A stretch of 64,000 bases of DNA from Phoronis australis (Eukaryota; Animalia; Phoronida): contig NMRA01000070.1 of assembly GCA_002633005.1 (NCBI GenBank), positions 481,872 through 545,871 on the forward strand. Direction: 5' to 3'. Below the pieces are notes generated by a model that did no database searches, had not been told where the DNA came from, and worked only from the letters and a program-made list of their open reading frames with translations. Positions 1-64,000 of this stretch are shown piece by piece. The position numbers and the translations under genes are program-made. Position 1 is the stretch's first letter. Each line of letters begins with the position of its first letter.

Positions 1-597
1 AAAAAGACAGAGGAGGATAAACTTTAAGAACAAACTCATCTATCAACAATTCATTCACAGACTTTTATCTCCATGTTTCACCTCACTATAGAACTGCATC
101 TATGCAACGTAGCACAGTGGTTAAAGCTTGTCCAAAACATACATTCTAACATCATATCTACTCGGAACCATGCTAGTGAAATTCCAAGCTGGTTTATAAA
201 AAACACAATCCATCGTCAGTTGTAGGACAGAGCTCCATGCGATAAAAACACTCGGGCCTAAAAGTTCTACTAATAAGTTGGGACAAATGAAGTGAGGATG
301 AGGACAAAAATGTATACTGGGTGCGGAAGTTGGCAGTTAATTTGATGAAATATAACCTTGTGCGTCAAGATGGGTATATGTTAATTTTCAGAATTGTCAT
401 GACCTGCTCAAGTGAGATGGGGACGTAATTCAGAAAGACTGGAACATAACTCAAGTGCTTAACCTCTATCACCATGACTCAGGATCCAGGAACAAGCAAA
501 TGTTGACATGAAGAGGGTGAGACTACAACACCAATCTGGAGGCGGGATTTGCAGCCAGATTGACACGCATACAACAGAACACGCCAGTAATACATAC

Positions 598-41342
<40,745 letters not shown>

Positions 41343-42047
41343 TCTAACACAACTTCAAGCAGCAAAGCTGCCAACTATTTTTAACTGAAGAAGAAAACCA
41401 AAAAGGAAGCAATTAAAAGTTTGGAAACAAAATTTAAAGTAAAAAGGGACATGCTTAAAATATCTGACAGAAAATGTTACTGGACTTCTAACAGAAAACA
41501 TTCATTCCAATGGTAAAATAGATATAAACATAACATTTTAAAGTAAATTAAATTAAGATTAAGCAATCAGGAACTTCAGCTAAAAATAACAAGGTGACTG
41601 AGATTAAATTTTACAAGTCAACAAATGACCAACTAGAACCAGAGCAATAAGCAGCATCCAGCAGTCGAATCTGGCAAGTGAAGTCACATTGTTAGGTATG
41701 GCTTGTAGAGGCAAATTGAGAGAAGTATCTTGAGAACTGATACTCGTCAAATTGGACCCCGCTTTGATAAACCTGAAATATTCTGGTAAAATGTCAGACG
41801 TGACATACTGAATAGCTGATTCTCATATCAGAGACTGTCACATCAGACTATTAGGCCCTAGCTGTTCCCAGAAACAGGTTATACAGTGGAAGAAACTGGT
41901 ACCGCCTGTAAGTTTCTTGCAATTTTTAAACAGAGACCAAAAAACACGGCTGTGCTCAATGTATCAACCCAACATAAACTTGTACCAATCTCTAACTTCC
42001 CAAAAAGAAATCCAAATTCTACGATTCTTGTGCAGCAATACTTTGTT

Positions 42048-42563
42048 CAGGGCTTGGAATGACCAAGGACAAAAAACGCGGAAACTTTGAAACTTTTACG
42101 GCCCAAATCATGCGCGCTACCCAGCCTTGAAAGTTGAAATGGTCGATGTGAACCTTCCCCCGACAAAAATTCAGGAGGACTATAAAAAAAAATGTTACCA
42201 TCATCAGTAGCATGCGTCTGCGTCCTTTTAGCTCGTGCGTCCACTCCTAACCCACACATTTTTGGCTAAAGAGCCGTAGTATTTGTCGCCGCGGTTTACA
42301 ATAACACGAGACGCCATTGAAAATCCCACCACGCTATCCCAGATGCCCCGACAATGTTGACAATTTACGTTCCTCCGAAACATAAAGAGCAACTTCCGCT
42401 TTTCGAGGTGAACGTCGTCTGCAACGCCGCGGTAAGAAAGGAATTTGCCGCGGAAATTTTATATCAAATCCGATTTTTTTTACGCGGAAATATTATAAAA
42501 TGCGCGGACAGAACATTTGAAAAAAGCGGAAATCCGCGTTTCCGCAGAAAATTCCAAGCCCTG
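42048..42563. mobile_element. hAT-like MITE in the WNK 5' region
   Basis: Perfect 13-bp TIR CAGGGCTTGGAAT/ATTCCAAGCCCTG; 6-bp direct flank TTTGTT on both sides; repeated subterminal (C)GCGGAAA motifs. Confidence 0.75.
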
Positions 42564-43065
42564 TTTGTTGCAAACATTCCAAAAAGTGAGACATCTGGAG
42601 CTAGAAAGCCACAATGGAAGAAATATCTGCACAAATCAAAGAAACCATGCTGGCTTTTATTAGTCGTACCAGTGAAATGAATGTATACGGAAAGGGGGGA
42701 ATGGGGTGGGAAAGCACAGACAAAGTCAAAATACGAGCAGACGTTAACATTAACACAACGGATGATGTAAATATCTTCACGGCGTATGTTAAAAAGCTGT
42801 TGCGCGATGCAAGACGGAGTTTCAAAAGGCGGCAACTAGTCTAGTATGGTTTTATACGTTCGCTCGTTAAGTCTCAGCATGCCCGGTGACTATCGGTGAG
42901 CTGGTGAATAAAAACTCAAGTCAGGAGACGATAATTGATGTAAACAAACTTGTCTCGTGTAATAATAAAAAACAACTTTGGACGTTACTATTTATCAAAA
43001 TCAGATCAATTACTATAAGCGTCTAGTCAGTCCTAGCATACGAATAGGTTAAACATATTACTAAC

Positions 43066-43330
43066 CTTTTTTCTGACGTGTACGAAGTCAGAATGGCCTT
43101 CAAACGTGGACGACCGTGTTCGAACAAGAAAAATTCTCCGTCGAATTATTACAGAATTATTCCCGTATCTGTCCATATTCAAAAAACAATTTGAAACAGA
43201 TGTGTTGGGTACATCTCTCCTGACGAATTGAATATGATGTATATACAATTTGGCCGCTCAAACCATGGATCTTGAAACTCATTCACAGATCCAACAAGAC
43301 AGCAGCCACTCCGCATTCAATGGCGACCGT
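43066..43330 (-). other. Candidate non-coding first exon / promoter of WNK
   Basis: Good donor AAG|GTTAGT at 43066/43065 on the minus strand in a CpG-containing stretch; it would pair with the acceptor at 41385-86. The 5' boundary is only approximate. Confidence 0.35.
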
Positions 43331-43837
43331 TCAACTGATTCGCTTTGAAAATAGATCTGGAATAGTCTGAAATAGCGTATGAATACAAATAATTTTGTTA
43401 TGTGCTAATGACTTGAAGGTTAGTTATGTATGCCAATTGCCGCTGGTTATTGACCATTTGTAAGTTTTTGTGGTTAAATGTGAAGAAATTAAAGCAAAAT
43501 ATTGTTTCTGTGCTAAAAATGATATTTAAAGAACTCCTTATTACTGCGCATTTCCGCGTAATTGGCCTAATACATAGAGAGACATCTTACGCTAGTCGCT
43601 TAAACTATTCAAGAGAATGGATTTTCAGCCCAAGGTTCAAAAGTAGTCTAGTTAGCGGTGAAAATCATAAGACTCTGAGACTAGACTAATGTGAAAATGG
43701 ATACCCGAAACAATTTTAATTCATACATGACCTAAGTAACAGGAAAAGCAAGCCTATGACCAGGCCCGGCGTCTGGTGAGGGGTGCGACTAAGGTCTCCC
43801 CCTCCTTCCCTCCCTCCCTCCCCTCCCTCCCTCCCTC

Positions 43838-44103
43838 NNNNNNNNNNNNNNNNNNNNNNNNNNNNNNNNNNNNNNNNNNNNNNNNNNNNNNNNNNNNNNN
43901 NNNNNNNNNNNNNNNNNNNNNNNNNNNNNNNNNNNNNNNNNNNNNNNNNNNNNNNNNNNNNNNNNNNNNNNNNNNNNNNNNNNNNNNNNNNNNNNNNNNN
44001 NNNNNNNNNNNNNNNNNNNNNNNNNNNNNNNNNNNNNNNNNNNNNNNNNNNNNNNNNNNNNNNNNNNNNNNNNNNNNNNNNNNNNNNNNNNNNNNNNNNN
44101 NNN
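43838..44103. other. Assembly gap (266 N) inside a (CCCT)n/(CT)n polypyrimidine tract
   Basis: The N run is flanked on both sides by CCCT/CT repeats (about 43797-44156). Confidence 0.98.
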
Positions 44104-45889
44104 CCCTTCCCTCCCTCCCTCCCTCGCTCTCTCCCTCTCTCTCTCTCCCTCTCTCTACGGACAAAGGGTACAGCTGCCAAAAGGATCGGTTGTCAAACGC
44201 AGGGTTGGTTATCCAATCTTGGTTAGAGGCCGCAGAGCACTTACCTACCACGGAGCTAAATCATCATCCGTGCTCACCTGGCAGTGTTGACTGGACGTGT
44301 ATGCGGGAATTACGAGGGTGTGGGCAGCCGAACGGGATCGTGTTTTGAATGAAACTTGGATTATGATCCACGTTTGTCCAAAAGCCTATAACAAGGAGCA
44401 TTTCGCCGTTGTTTATCTATCAATTTTGTATTTAAAGTTGCATTCTGTTTAACAGACTAAAAGCCAAAATCCGCCGGATTTTCTTCTCGTCAAGTCGGTC
44501 CCATAATATTCCTTTCCAAGATAAGGCTTTAATTCCATTACTGAGACAAAAGCATGAAAACCATCAGCGACTCAACAAAATTCTTTAGAGTTTATTGGGG
44601 TTGGCCAATGCTAAAGTTGCGAAAAGGCCCAGTGTACGCATTGCCTGTGACTTCAGTTGGTAACCTGGTGACGAAACAGAATCCAATCGTTTTAAAGAAT
44701 ATTACGAGACCAACTTTAAGAACAATAGGTCTAATCCTTTTTCTCTCTTAATCAGCTAAACGGGACAGAACGCAACTTTAAAGTGAAACATTTCGATTAC
44801 TATGCTCATCCGATCTTGAATTATTGTCATCAAATTAGCAGGCAACTCAAATCACATGTAGTGTAGGCCTACATGCGCCATTTTCGATGTCACAGCTTTA
44901 ACATTGGCTAATCCCCCCAAAAAAAACTCTATAAAGTTCTAATTTTTTGATGATTTCGATAACAAAATATATGTAGAATCTTAGCATGGTAACGAGTATT
45001 ATGAGATATATTTTATGAGAGTAAATAGCATAATTCCATATTCGCTTTTAGCCAGCTGAACGGTGCGAGAATTAACGATGGCTCATTAAAATCATTCGGC
45101 AGGGCAAAATTTCTCGTGAAGACCTTGTAGTAAGGCCTTGTTCTGTTGAGACGGGAATCGGCGAACACAACCTGGTAAGATATTGCACAGCGGCGAGTAC
45201 TACATTCACAGTACCAACACATTCATTTTTTGTATTGTCAATATCTATGGCCTGTGATTTTCCGAAAAGTAATTACTTAAGTTAAGAAAGAATCGACGAC
45301 AAAAGCCATCACCAAAGAAAGGCAACTAAATATTACGTTCCCGATATATAACGTGTCTCAAAAATGCAGAGCAAAACTTGAGTTTCCTGTTTAAATTTGG
45401 GCGTCATATAAAACATTTCAAATTTTGACCACTTACTGCTTGCCACGTCGGGTAAGTTTCGATTAGAAAGCTAGTTTGTCCGTATGCATGGTCTGAAAAA
45501 AAAAACGGAATTGCCAGGTCTCAGCAAGACCAAAAATCACAAGTTCACATCAATTTTGAAGCGACAAGTGACAGCTGCAGTTATACGATATAATTACTCA
45601 TCATTTATAAAAAACCTGTGAGATACTGATACTTGTCTTTGTGTTGCCATTATCGTCCGATTTTGCCACATAAGTAAGTACGGTAGGACACGCCACAGAT
45701 TCTACCGCTGCCGCCGACACATTTCAGCTGACACATTGTAAAAGCCGCTAAAACATGTCCTGTACTTGTCATTAAAAAATGTACGTTTTATTAACATTCA
45801 CTCACATTTTGGAGAATTTGATAAAATGATGGCGGTGTGGATTGGATGGTTAACATTTGTTAAGATTTTTGCGGAATGAAGGTCTGAAA

Positions 45890-46079
45890 CATGCGCGCAC
45901 CCAGCCCTCAATTTGGGGGGCTCGAATTCTTGACGTCGTGGACCTTATCCTAACAAAACAGCGGGCGGACAAAAAAAAAGCGGGAGCACCCCTGTAAAGT
46001 GCGTGTTCGCGCTTATTTAGTGGTCTTTTGTCCAGTTAACTCGGACTTTTTGTCCCCCCCCCCCCTGGATGCGCGCATG
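45890..46079 (+). mobile_element. ~190-bp MITE, copy A
   Basis: TIR CATGCGCGCACCCAG / CTGGATGCGCGCATG (14/15); 5-bp direct flank TGAAA on both sides; poly-C tract near one end. Confidence 0.7.
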
Positions 46080-48908
46080 TGAAACAAGATAATGAGTTTT
46101 TGTTGGTAACTCTGTAGGAATATACCATGATCGTTTACTTTGAGAACAAGCACGCCACAGAACAAATCGTTTTAAAGCTGCTGGGTAAACGATGTGAGTT
46201 TGATGGATTTCTATTTTTAAGATAAGCGTCTTGCGCCAGTTACCTCTGCGATTTAATTTCTGTGCTGCTCAAGACCAAAGCAAGCATGAATGACCGATCT
46301 AAAACACAACGAAACCACACGCGTACCAGTATCCATTGGAGAAGGGAAGGGTGTTTGTGTGCCTCTGTGTGTGNGGTGAAATGGTTGGCAACCTGAAGGC
46401 ACTTTACAATGAACGGAGGTGGAGGCCGGGTTGAGCTCCCCTTGCCTACGTAGTAAACAGAAGCCTACGTAGTAAACAGAATCCGTCTCGAATGTAGATG
46501 GGAAATCTTCATATCAAAGTGATTATGTCTAAGTCGTGTAGTCGTGCTTGCGTGGTCCAGTTTTCCATAGGTACTCCAGGAAAACATGAAATGGTCACCA
46601 TAAAAATTCTTATGTCCGTGTATCGTGTTTTGGGGTGGGTGAGACGTGTACTGTGTTTGGTGGCCGGTGGGCCCTGCGGCCGGGTGTAAGTTCAGGGTAG
46701 GAAGGCGTGTTTTGCATCGTTGTTGTGTTCGTACGCTTCACGGCGGCCAGTGAATTGAGTTCACTACTCAACGGTGTTGTCACGGTTAATTATGGCGATT
46801 TCCGAGGGGTTATCTATTTTATCATGCATTAAAGGATATCTTAATATCAATTGTCAAGTTCGACAAACAGTAAATATCCAGTTTGCTCAAGAAAAGGAAA
46901 AGAAGTTTAGTTTGTGTTGAGTTTGCCATCACGCTAGGTGTCATATTTTATGTGATATATACAAGGTATAGCGGCGTAGAAAAAGAATGGGGGGAAACTC
47001 GTACTCACTGACGTGCGTGCAAATACACGTGAGTTGGCCAAATGGTGGGCAGATGATATTTCTTATCATGAAAGAAGTCTCAGACCAGTTTGCAAACCTC
47101 TATTTTGTGTAAGTGTAGTGTTCGGTTCCACGCAATAGTACATGACTATAATTCAATGATAAGCACACTAATGCAAAGTGCAAGATGTACTTTTGACGAG
47201 GAAAATAACTGATGACTATAGAACTATTTATAGCTAATAACCTAGTAATAAACTGTTCAAGCATAATATAGAGGGCGTGCATCTGGATAATAAAAGTTGA
47301 ATTTATCGATGGCCACAAAATTGTGATAACAAAAAAGACTCCAGACGATAGTGTGTAATATTGACACTGTCTCGATGTACGATCTTATCTTGTGGTGATG
47401 ATTACACTTTTGTTTGGCATTTTATCGTGTATTCCTCTTTCAGAATATTGAGAATGCAGAATCTTGAAACAATACGTCTTATTCTTATTAGAATAACTTA
47501 ATTACACAAGACACCTTAATACCCACTTCATGTTGTGTGTAGAAGCACACCAATGCGCCATCTAAAAAGATACAGGGGTCTGTAAAACGATTCTACATTT
47601 TTAGTGCTTCTTAATTTAGGTTCCCATTGGCGGATCTAAGCGGGGGCGCTCAGGTAGCATAGACTACCCTCAACCCAAGACCGCCCCAACAAAATGGCGC
47701 CACTGGTTAAATAACCCTGTCGCTGTAAGCGTCGATCCTCTACTATTTATCCGCCGCAAACTTTATTTGTCGCACCTTGAACACGTATGGTGTATTTTGC
47801 TTTCTCTTTGCCACTATATACGTTGCTCGGTTTAACTCCTAAATGTCACAAATCACAGACCAACCGCAGTTATTGCGGCTAGTGAGCATGTCTTAAGAGT
47901 AAACAATGGGCGCGACTTCTTTCAGTCTTGCTATTTATGGATATTACAAGAATTATTTTACATTTGTAATAAATAGAACGCTTTTTGTCTGCACACGGCT
48001 CATATTTTCGCTTGCATGGAAAGTTTGTTAAATGTACGACGAACAATTGTGTTTCTAAAGAAAGCGTACAAAATTAATCAATACTATCGTGTGAAAATCA
48101 ATCACAACCATTTGACACTGCTCTCAACGACTTTTTGTAGATCTTACAGTCAGTTTGTTTCATTAAAGATTAACTCTTGTGATTGTACAAAGTACGCATA
48201 CGTGAAGTCGTATGATTTTTAAACGTGTTGTATACAACACCACCTATACACATCATGGCTTGTGTTTTTTCATGACGTGGTGATGTAACTGCTGAACCTG
48301 AGTTCTACGAATAAAATAGCTTATATTTAAATAAGACCGAATTCTTGTGTGATATACATCTTTGATCCAGGTACAAAAAATCCACAAAGCCGCATTTTTC
48401 GCATTCTCTAACAATAATCGCGGAACCAATGTACCACGTTTCCATGTTCCACGATAAACCTAACAGTGACTGAAGCAGGGCCGTAAATGCCATAGAATTA
48501 CTCGCAGTTCTTAAATCTTCGTATACTGTTATCTGGAAAAGCATCTAGTGCACTGTTCGGGTGGAATGATACTTATTTTGCTGAGTATAAACCTGACACA
48601 GATTGAAGCACCAATTTCTTCAAAGATTAGCTCTTGTAAATACAAAAAAGATCCAGGGGCAGGGGCACTGGGGCAGGCACAAGGGCAGGAGCAGGGCGGG
48701 TTGCTGAAGGTGCCGTCCCGGCTCAGTGCGGGCGCTCGTCGGCAACTAGGCCTGAGGACATTTTGAAATGTCAGCCAAGAGATCGCCACAATTTCAAAAT
48801 GAGTTCACTGGGTCCGGAGATTTTTTTAATACGAATATTCAAAACGAAGTTATACAAACGCTTGTACACGGAGGGTCACTAACTGTCGTTCTGTTCTATG
48901 TCACGTTC

Positions 48909-49110
48909 CATGCGCGCACCCGGGGGGGGGGAGGGCGAAGTGGGCAAACAGGTCCGACTCAGAGAAACAAAAAACGAGACAAAAGTCAACAGGAATTTGG
49001 CGCGAATGCACAATTTGTAGGTCTGAACGTAGTACCCCATTTTTTCAGTAAAAGGTCCTCAAATTGAAAAACTTCGACCTCCCATACATTAGACTGTGGG
49101 TGCGCGCATG
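48909..49110 (-). mobile_element. ~200-bp MITE, copy B (same family as 45890-46079, inverted)
   Basis: Perfect 13-bp TIR CATGCGCGCACCC/GGGTGCGCGCATG. The reverse complement is colinear with copy A (TCGAA, GGACCTT, TTCGCGC, CTTTTGTC, TCGGAC, poly-C). Confidence 0.7.
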
Positions 49111-49509
49111 ATGTCTTCCACACAATCGCGGGTTTTGGGTCTCTTATTGTTATTCTATGTGTTTGTTTCATTAAAAATCGTACCACATTAAAAACCCGCC
49201 GCTACCGGGTTGAGTATTGAAATAAATGGCCATCTCAGTGGTGCTAGACATACAGTAATGATGCATAAAAATAATTCCAGGTGGTAGTGCAATGGGCACA
49301 CCTGACTGGTCTGCGCAGCGTCCACCCGAGCAAAAAAAAGCACGATTTAGGCCTACTTCTACTAATGTACCGCGTATGTGGCTGCCTATGGTCCAGAACA
49401 AATTAACACATGCAATGCAAAAACGATAAATAAAAACATGGTAATATCTAAAAAAATCTCGCGGACTTCTTTCCATGAATTTACAGGGTGTTTTAATCCG
49501 TCACGCATT

Positions 49510-49865
49510 GATCGGGCGGGAAATGTCTTGTCTTGTTTTGCAATTCCCTGCGATTGTTTGGCGCAGCACCGTCTTGCGACGCAGCAATCTAGGGGTTTAT
49601 GTTTACATGTTGACCGTTAGATGACGCTTTGTTTTGTGGCGCGAACGCGAACGAATACATCAGATGTACTGTTGTGAATATTTGACATTTCTCAAAGAAA
49701 TCAATGCTATTGTTTAAATTTAAAATAAATTTTATAAAAATTCGATAACTGAATAATCTATTACATTTGAAAATTTGCCCAAACTAAGCACTTTGTGAAA
49801 GGGTTATTTCTTTGCACCCTTATAACCTTTCACCTTTGACACATTTTGCTTATTCCCGCGCTTTT
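49510..49865 (+). promoter_or_regulatory. MCM2 proximal promoter with clustered E2F sites
   Basis: GGCGGGAAA (49515-23), TTTGGCGC (49557-64), TGGCGCGAA (49637-45) and TTCCCGCG (49853-60), all within 380 bp of the ATG. MCM genes are canonical E2F targets. Confidence 0.75.
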
Positions 49866-49889
49866 TCATCACGCTGAAAGTTCAACACT

Positions 49890-63541
<13,652 letters not shown>

Positions 63542-64000
63542 GTATGTATCTTGTACACTACACTCCTTACCACTGCTTAGATCGAATTATGACATTCAGA
63601 CACGGTTGATGTTGGGAAATGCATTAAGTATACTTTTCCAACCAAAGAGAAATTGAGAAATGTCTTCATGGTTTGCGGCTGTGTTGATCATAAGTTTGTT
63701 TTGTCACACACTCGATATAACAAGCCGTCAAATAAAATGAGACAACTTACTACACTGCCACGGCTCATGCCTGAACCATACGCTTACGACAAACATCGAA
63801 ACTGGATCACACGCATTGATACCTATACACAGATTTCTGTGCGTTGGTCATTATCCTTTCACTGGGCCACCCTCCTCCATAGGTGGCGCTAACACAAAAA
63901 GGCACATTGCACACAAGTCTACTTTAACAAAACAAAAGATTGGCTAATTTATGGGTTTTGCTGTTCTGCAAAGTTTGGTGGCACAGTGCCAATGCTATTG

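Noticed and set aside
42280-42560. CpG-rich GCGGAAA cluster as the WNK core promoter
   Set aside because: It falls wholly inside a TIR/TSD-bounded MITE and is better explained as subterminal repeats.
43716-44348. Long ORFs containing X runs
   Set aside because: They are artefacts of the N gap and the CT repeats.
47625-47705. Short CATTGGCG...CGCCACTG bounded element
   Set aside because: The TIR is only 7/8 bp and there is no matching TSD, which is too weak to call.

Overview
This is AT-rich, intron-rich eukaryotic DNA, most likely from an invertebrate animal. It is not prokaryotic, and nearly all ORFs in the supplied track are spurious or exon fragments. Two genes lie head-to-head. On the minus strand is a WNK (With-No-lysine) kinase gene: 11 coding exons traced from ATG 41342 down to 598, a 24.3 kb first coding intron and a (CAG)22 polyQ tract; the gene runs off the left edge. 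On the plus strand is MCM2: 14 coding exons traced from ATG 49890 to 63541, an E2F-site-rich promoter; the gene runs off the right edge. All exon junctions are GT-AG and keep frame. Unannotated features found by reading the sequence: (1) a box C/D snoRNA in MCM2 intron 13 whose guide targets U6 snRNA C60 (SNORD67-like); (2) a candidate H/ACA snoRNA with a degenerate duplicate in MCM2 introns 9 and 10; (3) an ATG-initiated intronic 122-aa ORF in WNK with an in-phase donor, which may be an alternative first exon for a kinase-less isoform, just downstream of a mariner-type MITE; (4) several non-autonomous DNA transposons, some with unusual 5-6 bp TSDs, plus short tandem arrays. There is one 266-N assembly gap. 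I found no convincing evidence of a wholly new biological system. Coordinates were counted by hand.
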